The notes under the pieces are model-generated. The model was not told the origin of the DNA and searched no databases. It saw only the letters and a program-made list of their open reading frames with translations. Position numbers and translations under genes: made by a program. A stretch of DNA of 63,643 bases, the filler included, from Vannella sp. (lineage: Eukaryota): assembly GCA_023345925.1 (NCBI GenBank). It is 6 parts of 6 records of this genome, joined end to end, with 100 filler letters (N's around TTAATTAATTAA, not from the genome) between each part and the next. Parts side by side here need not be neighbours in the genome. Positions count along the whole stretch, not along the records: positions 32,302 to 48,781 come from JAJQQN010000663.1; 5 more parts are not named here. The stretch is one strand, 5' to 3'. Positions 32,800 through 45,700 of this stretch are shown here, one piece after another. The first letter of the stretch is position 1. Every line of letters begins with the position of its first letter.

Positions 32800-34463
32800 A
32801 TCGTACTTGGATACATCTCCCGTTGGACTTGTGGATGATAGGAACCAAACGTGGATGATGCTTGACAGCCAAATCCAAAGGGCTCTATCAGTCAATTGGT
32901 TCAGCATTTCTTGCGGAAGAGGTGCACCCCGACCATACCAACTATGCGGACTTAAATGTAAATCACCTGAGCTTCAGAGAACGGAGAAATCTTCTTACAA
33001 TCTGACAGGGATCAACACATTCATATTGCCTGTCCATCGAGTCTCTTTTACCTCCTACATTCGGTAAGAAGCTCTCTTTCGAGAAGGATCGGCTCGGTTC
33101 ATACATTCTAAATCAAAGCAGTTCATCAGCATGGGCAATTCAGATCATGGATACTTGAGTTGGAAGAAATGGCAATGAATCACTTACTCTCTAAGAGCGT
33201 TCTGGATCAGGAGAGGGATCAATTTCCTTTCCAAGAACGTACTCCCTGAATTGAAAGACTTTCTGTTAGAATGAGTTCTCCCATGCCAGCAGAAGATTAC
33301 CCTCTACCCGTTTGGAGAAAACCTGTTAGATCGCCATTGCTCTCCCGATTTAGCCTACTTTCTAGTTCCGTCACATCGCTTTCCCTCGATTATCGGAATG
33401 GATTGTAGACTTACTTCCTATTGAGAGGTTAACGGAGAAAGTGAGGGTCTTACTGAGCTTACTCCAGCTTGGACGTTGATGTGTCGGAGGGACAACATGA
33501 ACTTGACAATATCATACCAACCTGAGTAAACCGCATAGCCAAGGATAGTCTGTTTGCTTCTCAGCACCTTTCTCCAGGCCACTCATGAACACTCATCAAC
33601 TCACACACTGATGAGCAATTAGTATCAAACAAAGAGGGTTGAACTTCATCAATAACAGAAACTTACTAGCTACGTATTCAAGTCTCAGATTAAACAAGAA
33701 AGAAATGGATTACTAACAAGCTAGCGGAATGTTAAGGAACTTCTCTTCTCTGATAGGTCGAGAAAGAGAGCTTACTCCCTGTAAACATGATTTGAGAGTC
33801 GCAAAATAGATACTCAGGAAACGATTCTTACAACCTAAGTGAGGTGTTTGGTGAGAGAAAGCTCCAAGTTGGCTTTCAAAAAGGAAAGACTGTTTTCCGC
33901 TCATTTACTCACAAACTACGACTGAGCAATAGGTTGTCGCAAAGAGAATGCTCTCTGACTTACATCCTAAATGAAGGAATTAGTGAGAATAGCGACCCTC
34001 CCAGAGAGGGTTTGGAAAGGTGAAATGTGGGTGAAATGTCTCGCTTACAGGCTGCACAGTGATTTGAGGGTGATGAGTGCATATTAATACTTCCTCTTAT
34101 CATAGCTGGAATCGAATGGAATAGGAACGAAGGTGAGAGGCCTGACATACTTCCTACATGGGAGCGGCATGAGTTTGTCACAAACAGACCACAAAGCCGG
34201 GGGCTCGAGGTGCGAGAGCGAACCCATCTTGTACTTACATGCTAAAGCAATCATTTGTCTCTGAGTCAACGATGTGGGCATGTTGAAACGCTCGTACATA
34301 CTAAAGGGAAGGCCAGTGTGGCCAGTATCAGTTGGGAAGTACCAGAGTGACGAACATAAGCGTTAATCAACCCTGGGTTCTCCTGGCAGTAAGTCTTGAC
34401 CTGTTCAAGGTCCCCTGAACGAGCAACGGCACACCTGCGTTCCATAAAGAATGCCAAAACCAC
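32800..34463 (-). CDS. Probable ankyrin-repeat gene fragmented into many short exons (or degenerate)
   Basis: Exon-like pieces AVARSGDLEQVKTYCQENPGLINA (~34360-34430) and TILGYAVYSGWYDIVKFMLSLRHINVQAG (~33463-33549, flanked by AG and GTAAG). The full structure was not resolved. Confidence 0.4.
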
Positions 34464-34895
34464 GCTTCCTATCCATTCAAATCATTGTAGGCAAATGCAA
34501 GTGCTTGAACTCGAAAAAAGATGACAATGAGGTGAAAAGCTGATTTTCTAAATTCAAGGAAAACTGCTGAAACGTCTCCGGCTGGCACTGCCACTCAAGT
34601 TCCTTTGGTGCAATCACTAAGGATGAATTCAAGGACAGAAGTAAACGCAAATGGTCTCCATTTCGTCAATGGTGGAGTTTGTGCGGCGCCTTTCCCTTCG
34701 AAACCATTCCAAAAGAGGGAAACCTCCTTTTCAAACCCTTAATGCGCGAGGGATGTTGGAGATGTGGATATGCACTGTATTTTATGAAAATGAAGTGCAC
34801 CCCTGTACTAATTTGATGAACAAGACACACGAAAGCCAAGAACCAACTTCCAGAAAGAAACGGACTTCCACATAATTCTAATAGTCACAGCTCTA

Positions 34896-36512
34896 TTAAA
34901 TGACAACCAAATTTTCTGGATTGAATTCATCTTTGCTGAGTTTGGGAGCAGATTGGCAGTCGACCTCGTAGTTTTGGGCCGATTGAACGAGAGTGGACAG
35001 CTCTTTGAGAATTTCAAGATCAGTTTTCAGAGATTCGTCTTGGACCAAACTCATTTCGTGAGTGAAAAAACGAATGAACTCTTCGATTTCTGAGACGCTG
35101 GGTAGAGAAGGAGGAGCTTCAGATCCTTTGTGTTTCTTTGGATCAGGACTGCCTGAACGCGCTCTTGCCTGGTGATTAACCTGCTTTGCGTAATCATTAT
35201 ACTGAACCTTGGCCTGCTGAAGGAAATTTGCGGACTTGATGAGGAGCACTGCTTTTCGCAATCCAATAGTGTCCGATGACAGGTCATCATTGGTGGTGAA
35301 GAATGGAGACTGCATCGGAAGAATAACGCTCTCAACATGTTGATTGCTGCTGGCGTCTTCCCAGCATACTCGAATTGGAAGCGGGGGCAAGCTGGAAGCC
35401 TCTTCTCCCGCACAAGGTGGTTGAACTTGAAAGACATAGCAGTTACCAAGTCCGCCAGGTTGGCCATTGATCAAGTCATGAGGGCAAGTATACAAGGACT
35501 CGAATTCGATATGAAGAAAGACTCTTGAAATCTCGTGCGAGCCGTACCCTTTTACCGGCAGCCATCCCTCAAGACCTCCAATAACCAAGCGAACATGAAA
35601 GGCCACAGGGTTCGTCTGAAAGGGGAAGTCTCCCTCTGTGACCTTCTCAAAGTCTGATAATTGGAAGAACTTAAAACCGCCAATCTTCTTCATCTTCGGG
35701 AGTTCCTTTGTCTGTCTGTCAGAGGACCCCACACCAACAATTGTAGTGTAGAGCTTCTCCTGGCTTAACTGAGAGAGGCTATCAATAAAGGGCAGCTTGC
35801 CTTGATCACCGCCAGACTGCAGATTAGTGAAAAAGAAGAGGAGAGAAGTTTGGCCAGCGCTGAGTGCACTTTCCAAACCTGGCCGCAAGACTTCAGCTCC
35901 ATGAGCAAGAGCAGCATCCAAGCTACAGTTTCCACTTGCTGTAACTTCGCTTAACATCTCATTGAGCGAAGCCTGGTTAATGTCCCCCCATCTCTTCAGA
36001 GGTTGGAGGACCCTTGGGAAGGTATCAAAGACTATGATAGACAAAGTATCATCTTCGTGCAAGTGCTTGACGAAGGAGAGAAGGCTTTCCTTGGCTTTCG
36101 ACAACTTCGAGACCTTCTGGTTGTCATAGCGAAAGCTTTCCATCATACTCTCTCTCACATCGAGGATCACTGCAATACGGAGGGGCGTTCTCACGGGGTT
36201 GGTGTCATACTTGGATACAAAGTTGACTCCCAGCCAGTACGAGGGAGGCTGTTGCGCGGCATCCTTGCTTTGGAAAAGGCTAAAGCGAGGGTGGAAGACG
36301 TGCTCTGGATCGCTGTCTCGTCCGAACGAGCTGCTAGTAAAGTAACGAAAACGACGAGAGAGGCTGTATGAGTCACCACCAGGTACAGTTGGGAGCACAT
36401 TGGAGGAGTCCTTGGCGACTACCAGTCCTCGCTTTGTCCCCACCGCCTGTTGTAGCTCGCGGTTTGCCTTTCCCCCCGTGTTCTTCCGAGCCTTTTGCTT
36501 CGTTCTTGGCAT
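34896..36512 (-). CDS. von Willebrand factor A (vWA) domain protein with an N-terminal histone H3-tail-like peptide
   Basis: Begins MPRTKQKARKNTGGKANR. vWA core: LRIAVILDVRESM..SKLSKAKESL..HLHEDDTLSIIVFD..LLFFFTN..TTIVGVG. Two in-frame ATGs further upstream (36581, 36602) are alternative starts. Confidence 0.8.
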   Translation of the reverse strand: MPRTKQKARKNTGGKANRELQQAVGTKRGLVVAKDSSNVLPTVPGGDSYSLSRRFRYFTSSSFGRDSDPEHVFHPRFSLFQSKDAAQQPPSYWLGVNFVSKYDTNPVRTPLRIAVILDVRESMMESFRYDNQKVSKLSKAKESLLSFVKHLHEDDTLSIIVFDTFPRVLQPLKRWGDINQASLNEMLSEVTASGNCSLDAALAHGAEVLRPGLESALSAGQTSLLFFFTNLQSGGDQGKLPFIDSLSQLSQEKLYTTIVGVGSSDRQTKELPKMKKIGGFKFFQLSDFEKVTEGDFPFQTNPVAFHVRLVIGGLEGWLPVKGYGSHEISRVFLHIEFESLYTCPHDLINGQPGGLGNCYVFQVQPPCAGEEASSLPPLPIRVCWEDASSNQHVESVILPMQSPFFTTNDDLSSDTIGLRKAVLLIKSANFLQQAKVQYNDYAKQVNHQARARSGSPDPKKHKGSEAPPSLPSVSEIEEFIRFFTHEMSLVQDESLKTDLEILKELSTLVQSAQNYEVDCQSAPKLSKDEFNPENLVVI

Positions 36513-36736
36513 CGTAAAAGAAGATGTCCCGTAAAGAAGGTGCCAGCTTCCAGCCGCAACGGGAGCGGAGAAACTGAACATTTCCCCACCATGATGGCTC
36601 ATTATTACGTCATTATTAAACGCTTTCTGGACTTTCCATCTGGGTTCTTTGACGAACTGAAGAACATATCCAAAAGATTGCAATAAAATCAATCGCAAAG
36701 CCAATGATTGGTCATTTCGAGGCGCTCCCCTTCGCC

Positions 36737-39700
36737 ATGAGCGAGGTGAGCCGAATGGGCTGTGGAGGGGCGTTGTCTTATGATCAAAAGGGGATGATGA
36801 GTGGCCTCCTCTTGAAAATGGGGGACAAGGGACCATTGAAAGCTTGGCGCGAGCGTTTCTTCATTCAGAAACCGGAAGCTCCTCACCGCTTGTATTACTT
36901 TGTTACTCAAGCTTCTACCGCTTCCCAAGGCTACATCAACCTGGAAGAAGGTTTGTTTATCAAGCTCGATGTGTGTCCTGCCTAACGCACTGGACAGTGA
37001 CAATTGTTGTTGAAACGCAAGGGAAGAAGGGCGGCTTCTTCCAGGTGAGTTCTCCGTGGAAGGAGCTGATACCTCTCATGACACCTTACTTCGTAGATAC
37101 ACACGCCAGGTCGTATCTACAACCTCAAAGCTCCTTCTGCCGAAGAGATGAACTTTTGGATAACCGGAATCTCTCGCGTTCTTCGCATCTTAGAGGGTGG
37201 AGATCAAGTACCAGTGGAGGTGTCACAAGTAGCAATCGATTTGGAGATCACCAAAGGGCGGTTGCAACAATTGGAGCGAGAGAATGCCAGCTTTCGAGCT
37301 TCCTTGGCGATTGTCTCTCGAGAGTTTGGCATGAACATGGATGAGCTTATCAAAGAGGCAGAGTCAGGGTCTCGATTAAGTATGCGAGACCGTTCCCCCC
37401 AATCCCCAAGAGACAAAGCACCCTCCCCTCCTTTGACATCGAAAGCCCTCTCCACCGCTCAACCTGCCGACGTTGAACCCCAAACCGTTGTTCCAGTTTT
37501 GAAACCTGAAGTCCCTCCAACTGGCGGACTCGCAACGTATTCTGGGCAACTCTCGGTGGAATCAAAACGGACTCTTGATGAGAATCCTCCAGCTTTGAAG
37601 GGCAAGGAAGCCCGAGAGGAACCAGAATCACTCTCTCGGAGTGAAGTTACTAGAGACTTGATAGTCTCAGAGTCACTCGAGCAGCCACCAAGGGAATTGA
37701 CCTTCTTAGAGGCTGCCAAAGTGAAGGCAATGGCAGCAAAGCAAAAGATTGAAGATCTTAAGGGGAGTGCGGGAGTCGCCAATCTACTGGGTGCGGTCAC
37801 CGCAGCTGAGCCTGCAAGTAAAGAGTCTTTTGACCACGAGCGGTACCATGAAACAAAGGACTACTTCCGAAAGGCTCTTCTCCGGATCGAGGAGAACTTC
37901 CCAAGATCTTTGGAGGTATCACTGGAGGCTCATACAGATGCTTTGGCAAGACTGCAACAGGAAGAGAAGGGCGCTAATCCTACAAACAAAGTCGGGCAGT
38001 TTTTGGCGAAGACAAGGCAATCCCTCGAGAAATGGGGAAGGCGAATGCAAGTCTATCAAGCAAAGGAGCAAAGAGATCCGAAATTGATGGAGTATGGACT
38101 CGAGCACTTCCTGGAAAGGTTTCTACGCTCAGTGAGTTGTCCCATTCCTCAATGTCTTTCTGACAGGCCACAAGGTCAATCAAGGTCCCCCAAATCAACC
38201 TCAATTCCCTGAGAGGGATCAACTATGGATCTCTGAATCTACCAATCAGAGTGAGATATTGAGGGAATGGCTTGAGCAGTTCAAGGCAAGCTTCGGTGGG
38301 TTTTCTGAAGCTGAGGATACTATCAAGGAATGCGACGCAGCGCTTGAACTGTTTAGAACCACCTTAGCTTCCGTTCGAATACCAATAATGATTGCTGCTG
38401 CCATTAACGCCCGGCGTGCGGACGGCTCGTGCCTAGAATATGGACTTCGGCATCACCTTGACCGGTATATTCGTGCAGTCAGTGCCACCTTTCCTGGTTC
38501 GAGCTGGAGCTAATTTACTTCTTTCTAGCTTGAAAAGGGCATTCCTGGAGATGCCCGCTTTCCAGACCGGGACGAAGCTTACGTGACTGAGAGAATCAGT
38601 GAACGAGACCTTTTGCAACAATGGCTTGAAGGATTCCGCAGTGAGCATGGACAGTATCCTCAAGCGCAGGGAACTATCGAAGAGTGCGAATCTGCTCTTT
38701 GTTTGCACGAGAAAGTTGTAGACGCAGGGCGGGTGAGACTGCTTATTAGCAAAGCCCGAAATGCCAGACAGGCCGATGGAAGTTGCTTAGAATATGGGCT
38801 GGACTATTCTCTAGAGCAGCTCAAGGGTTCGGTTAGTGAACTTTTTGAGACCTTTCAATTATTAACTCTTTTTTCAGATCAAGAAAGGCCCTCCAGGAGA
38901 CTCCCGATTCCCTGAAAATGATCGTCAGTGGGTGGAAGAGCGAAAAGTTCAGCAGTCATTGCTACTGGAGTGGCTGGAGAACTTCAAAAGTGATCTTGGA
39001 AGCTATTCAGAGTCTATCAGTACCATCAAAGAGTGTGAAGAGGTTCTATCACAATCAGGTTCTTTCATTCGAGGGCTTGAAGATTCCCTCTTGGTGAAAC
39101 TTGCCCGAAATGCCAGACAAGCTGATGGCAGTTGCTTAGAGTATGGGCTAGATTATCATTTAGAGCGTCTCGTAAAGGCTCTGCGAGAAGGAATCCCAGG
39201 TGACCCACGTTTCCCAGAGCGGGACGATCAGTGGCTTGTGGAGCGCACAAATCAAAGGGATCTACTCATTCAGTGGCTAGAAGACTTCAAGAGCAAGTGT
39301 GGACAATCTAGTGAAGCACAGAAAACTATCAAAGAATGCGAGGAAGCTCTTTCTCTCTACCACTCGGTGGTCGGTAAGCTAGAAGGAGCGATGAAAGTCC
39401 AAAGGGCTCGCAATTCTCGCCTTGCTGATGGATCTTGCCTTGAGTATGGTCTGGACCATTTCTTAGAGCGTTATTCACGTGCACTTGAACAAGGATTCCC
39501 CGAGAACAGTCGTCCAGAAGAACAAACTTCTTTTGTCGAAGAGCAAATCACTGCCAAAGACCTTCTTGTAGAATGGCTCGAGGACTTCCGCAGCAAATTG
39601 GGACACTATGATGAAGCAACACCTACTATTGAAGAGTGTGAGGCAGTATTGGCCAAGCACCGCCTTGTCGTCGATAGTGTGAGAGGCCGGATGGCGGTCT

Positions 39701-42700
39701 CCTCGGCTCGCGAAGCTCGTCATGCTCAAGGAAGTTGCTTGGAATATGGTCTGGATTACCATCTCGAGAAGTTCACTGCCTCGGTAAGAATCATAACGCA
39801 CCAGAGTACGTCCTAAATTCAATGATAGCTAGAACAAGGTCCTCCTGGTGATCCCAGATTCCCTGAACGTGACAACGAGTGGGTTCAAGCTGCTGCTCTG
39901 CAGAGAGATCTGTTGATGCAATGGGTCGAATCTTTCAAGAGCGAATGCTCCAGCTTCGAGGAAGCGCAACCGACTCTTCGGGAGTGTGAAGACATCCTGA
40001 GTTTATGTGACAAGGTCGTGGCTCAGGTCAGAATACCTCTCTTAATCCAGAATGCCGTCAATGCTCGACATGCCGATGGTTCCTGCTTAGAATACGGACT
40101 CAAGTACCATTTGGAGCAAATGGAAAATGCAGTAGGTGAATCAGACTGCATGCCAGCACCATAGTAACTTTGAATAGTTGGAAAAAGGGGTTCCTGGGGA
40201 CAGTCGCTTTCCTGAGCGCGACTCTGAATGGGTTGGTGAGCAGCTTCGGCAGAAGGAGCTCCTGATTCAATGGCTGGAAGGATTCAAAGGAGACTTTAGA
40301 AACTTCTCCGAAGCTCAGGAAACGATATCGTTGTGCGAACAAGTGCGTGAGTTGCATGACCTAGTTGTGGATAGAATTCGAGTTCCTCTTTCGATCCAAT
40401 GTTCTCGAAATGCTCGCAAAGCCGACGGGAGCTGTCTCGAGTATGGATTAGACCATACCATCTCCACTCTTAATGCTACCTTGGACAAGGGAATTCCAAA
40501 CGATCCCCGTTTCCCTGAGCGGGACCGCGAATGGGTTTTGCAAGTAGAAGCAAGTGGAGCTCTTCTAACAGAATGGCTAGAAGAGTTCAACAGTGAGTTC
40601 TCTCAGTATCCAGAGGCAGAATCAACCATTGCTGAGTGCGAGCAAATCTTGCTAAGACAGAAACAGGCTCTGCATTCCATCCGCATTCCTCTGATGATTC
40701 GCACAGCACGGAATAATCGAAGTGTCGACGGAAGCTGTCTCGAGTATGGGCTAGAACAGCATTTAGAGATAATGAATCATCAGTTGGAGGCCGGTCCACC
40801 AACAGGAGGTGCAAATGAGTGGATCAAGCAGCAAAACAATCGTAAGGATCTATTGTTACAATGGCTGGAGGCTTTCAAGAGTGAATACCAGGGTTATCAG
40901 GAAGCTTGGGCTACTATTGAAGATTGTGAACGCGCTCTGGATCTCTACAAGCGCATTGTGTGTCCAATCCAAATTCCTTTGGAGATAGCTAATGCAAGAG
41001 AAGCACGATCCGCTGACTCCCAGGGTCTTGAGTATGGTCTGGACTATCATCTCAACAAACTCCTTTCTGCTCTCAAGAAGGGCCTTCCAGCAGATCCACG
41101 GTTCCCTGAGAGGGACTTCGAATGGATGAATGAGCGGCTTAAAGAGCGTGACCAGTTGATTGAATGGCTGGAAAACTTCAAATCTAACTTTCTGGAATAC
41201 GCCGATGCTTCATCAACAATTGAGGAGTGCGAAGCAGCATTGGACCAGTATCGAACAGCTGTTGCACCTTACCGAGTACCTTTGTTGATTCAAACAGCGA
41301 GGCTGCGAAGAAAAGCAGACGGCTCAGCTCTAGAATATGGCTTGGACTACCACCTTGAAAAGTTCCGCAAGTCAGTAAGTGTGAATCTGCGACCTCGCGT
41401 TTCTTTCTCACCAATTTGCCAGTTACAAGCTGGTGCACCTCGAGACGACCGTTTCCCAGAAAGAGATTCTCAATGGGTTGAACAGCTAGCTAAAGAGAAA
41501 GGATGTCTTTTGGAGTGGCTAGAAGATTTCCAAGCTTCGTTTGGACACTTCCAAGAGGCAGCTCCAATCATTGCGGAAGTTGAAGACATTCTTCGACAGC
41601 ATGACACAATTGTTGATCCTTTGCGAATCCCCTTGGAGATCAAAGCGGCTGTACTAGCGAGAAAAGCAGAGGGTAGTTGCCTTGAGTACGGGCTGAACCA
41701 CCACTTGACTCAAATTGATGGACTGGTTAGTGAAATTGATTGCTACAAGACGCCAAAGACACTTACATTGATTCAGCTCGAAAAAGGATATCCTACAAAC
41801 GAATCAGCTGTCAAGAAGAACGAATGGACACAGCAATGCGTTTTGGCCCAAAATCTGTTGACAGAGTGGCTTGAAGACTTCAAAAGCCGATTCCAAGGGC
41901 TTGAACAAGCGGAGCCAGAAATCCAAAGAGTCGAGGAGTTCCTGACCCGCTGTCGAGCTAGCGTCGATCCCATTCGGATTCCATTAGCAATTGAACAGGC
42001 ACGCACTGCCCGCCGCCAACAAGGAAGCTGTTTGGAGTATGGATTGGACCACCATCTTGCAGGTATGAAGAGTCAATTAGAATCCGGATTGCCGCGAGAT
42101 CCACGATTCCCAGAACGAGACCTTCAATGGATGGAAGTGGTGTCGCAGCAGAAAGAGCTTCTTTGTGATTGGGTAGAGGACTTCCGTTGTCGCTTTGGAC
42201 ACCACAATCAAGCTACCTCAACAATCAAGGAGTGTGAGGCTCTTCTGGGCCATTATCAATCCATTGTAGAGCCTCTTCGTGTCCCTTTAGCTATTCAGCA
42301 ATTCCGTAACTCCAGGGATCTTCTTCCGTTTGGACTGGACTACCATTTGAATGGTATGAAGAAAGCATTATCAACGGGGCCTCCAAAGGATGCCCGTTTC
42401 CCAGAGAGAGATTCTGCTTGGCTTGCAGCCCAGTCGGCAGAGAAAGACTTATTGATTGTATGGATGGAAGACTTTAGAGCTAACTTTCCGGGGACTCCTC
42501 TCGAGGACTGTGAAGAAGTACTGTCCCAATACCAAGAGATTGCTGGAGCACTTGTCCTCCCATTGCAGATCCAGGACTCGATCAATCGAAGGGATCCTAC
42601 GTCCAGAATGTCGTTCATGGCGCAAATCTCTCATTTCTCTGTTATGTTAGCAGCAGGAATGCCAAATGATCCTCGATTCCCTGAAAGAGCTCGCGAATAC

Positions 42701-45700
42701 ATGAACGCTCGCCGAGAAGAGTATTCTGCCCTGCTGCAAAGGACAGAAGAGTTTAAGGCCTCTTTCGGTGAGCACCAGGAGGCGCAACAAGTTATCAAAG
42801 AGGCTGAGCAGATTTCAACTGATTACCAGAAAATGGTCAACACTGAAGCCATTCCTTTGGCTTTGTCAGAAGCACGAAACCAAAGGTCAGCGAATGGTTT
42901 GCAATATGGCCTGGAATACCACTTACAGCAGCTCTCCAAGGAACTTAAGCAACCAATTACCTCTATTGACATTCCTGCAGCCCAGCGAATGCAAACTCTT
43001 TTAGTGACTTGGCTAGAAGAATTCAAAGCTTCTTTTATGGAGGCGCTGTTTCAACAACATCCAGATGTTCTGGCCACAATTGATGAGGTTAGCTCTGTTT
43101 TACTCCAGTTCCAGAATGTAATTGGAGGTGCCTTGGTTCCCCAAGCAGTTATTGCCGCCCGCAAGAACCGAAAGTGCCTGCCGTACGGATTAGAGCATCA
43201 TTTACAACGTTTCAATGCTATTCTCTCGGCATCTCGTGACGATTTAAGGGTAGATGAAGCCAATGCGATGTTCAATGCACTAGTTGAGTGGCTGGAAGAA
43301 TTTCAGCAGGAGTTTAAACTCTCTATGGAACTTCAACCAGTCAAAGATACCATTGATGAGATAACTGAAGTCCTCACAAAGTACAGGACTGTTATCGAAG
43401 GTGCAAAGATCACGAGAGACATCCAAAAGGCCATCAACGGGCGCGAAATCCTTCCTTACGGATTAGATTACCAACTGAAGGATCTGGAATCTCGCACTTC
43501 CCAAAAGCGAGGTGGAAAGACTACTCAGGAAGCATTAGGCCTACTTCTAATCTGGCAAGAGAATTTCCGCGCCAATTTCCGGTTCATCAAAGAAGCCGAC
43601 AAGATCTTAGAGCGAGTGGAAAGTGCTTTAGACCTCTTCCAGAAAGCTTTCCCACACGAAGCAGCGGAGCAATTTGTGAAACATCAATCCCGAGAAATAG
43701 TCCCTGCTCCAACCTCTTCGTCCACTTCTTCGAGTTATGAAGATGGAGAAGTGGATGTTGTTCCCAGCGCTGACTTGATTAGCGTACTGGTGGACCCTCG
43801 TGAGCCATCAAGAGAGGTGACTCGCCGTTCTATACTTCCCTTAGTTCCAAGAACTGAATTGATCGCAGATGTTACTCGGGAGGGATCACAAGTGCCCAGA
43901 ATTGAAGTTCTCCAACAAGAAATCCTCAAAAAGCAGACTTCTTTACAAGAGACTGTTGGCCAAGCCATCTTGTTGACAGTGGATTGGAGCTTTGTGCAAT
44001 TGTCTTCTTTCCAAGCTGAGGATGAGGCATCCCAGAGCAAGATTTGCCAAAACCTGGTCTTTGGACTCCTTAGTCGCGTTGTTCTTTCGGACTCTGGATT
44101 CGCTGGATTGGCACAATCAAACAAGCTTTTTGGAAACGTTATGATCCCTCAGGTGGCCTTGATAACAGTCTGTTACTCTGATGGACTCAAAAATCCCATC
44201 CAGATAACCTTGAGAGAAGGGCAGCTTTTCATTCAACTCAGTTCGCTCTTGTGGGTCAGTTCTCTGGAAGCCAGTGCGGTTTCTTCAGCACTTTGTGAGC
44301 TGTTTTGCCTTCCTTATTGGTCAGCATTGCAAAAATTGGAGTCCCAAACAGAGAGTATTGGGAACGCTCTGCAAAAGAATCTTCAACGGACAGTCACTCC
44401 AATCGTTATTCATGCTGATGACTCTTTCTTACAGCGCAATTTCTTCCGGGCCCTCTCTCCTAAGGACCAGCTAGAAGCTGTGGAGCGGTTGGCACAATTT
44501 GGCAAGTCTTTACTGCTGAGTTCAGGAGGCCTAAGTGACCTATGCGAGAAGAACAGCGCGATGAAGCGCTTTGTCTTCGAATCACTGAGCGAAGTTATCC
44601 TCGAGTACTCTGCCACCGCTCAGGACTGGGTCTTGTATTTTGACAAAAGTACAGGGTCACTGCGCTTTGAGGTGCCACTTTGCAAGAAAGACACTCAACT
44701 GCAGAAGATTGATGAAAAGTTTGACGCTGCACTTGGCTTGGTTGCGTTGAAAGCCAAGGATGCTGCTAAGAGCAAGATAGTGGCGTATCAAAACACTATT
44801 TCTCGTAAGATCAAGGCTGATGTGCTATTACAAGTGAATTGGGATGCCTGGATGAATCATCCAACATTCCTCTCGATGGATATTCCCTCTCAAACTGCAG
44901 CGAACCAGGCTTTACTCAACACCCACTTGAACGAGATTATTAATGGAACAAACGGTTTGGTCGAGGTCTTCAACCAGAACGGGCAACTCAAAGCCATCAT
45001 TCTCCGCAAACTGAAAAAGATTTGCATCTCTTACGATCCAGGTAACACTGTTCAGTACCCAGGAAAGAGTTGTGAATGTCCTTTCTTCACTCTTTCGTTT
45101 GACCACCGCCATTGTACTTTGAATGTGACTGGCAATCTGAGCTCTGCACAAGACAAACAAGGTCAAGGATGGAAGGACTTTGATGCCAAGTTGGTTCCAA
45201 TTCTAGAAGTGGCTTCTTTCCGCTTCCATTTTGATGCTTTCTTGCGGGGACAGATCAAGTCACTTCGCCCTTTCCACTCTGAACTGACAGTAGAAGTCGA
45301 TTGGGAGAGCTTTGTGAACAAAAAGGACTTTTTATCGCTCCCGCCAAAGGATCGCAACGCTGCTTTACAAGCGTTCAAATCCCAGTTTTATCCACAATGG
45401 TTCACTCAGCTCCAGGATGTTTGCAGTCACCCGCTCGGCCGAGAAGCCTTGCAATCTAAAGTTCAGAAGTTCGTTTTGACTCCAAATCAGTCCATCGCTG
45501 GAACTGCTGGGTCCTCCAGTTATAATATCGGATCTAACTACTTCTTTGACGAGGAACGTTCCATTTTCTACGTCATTGTCTCGTTAGGACAGAAATCAGT
45601 CCCAAAAATCGAATCTTGGCACATCCGTTGGGCTCTACAGACAACCATCCCGATTGCCCAAGCAATCGGACAAGTCACAATGGAGGATATCCGGTTATCA

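Noticed and set aside
36459..36512. A histone H3 or cenH3 gene
   Set aside because: No histone-fold sequence follows. The frame continues into a vWA domain.
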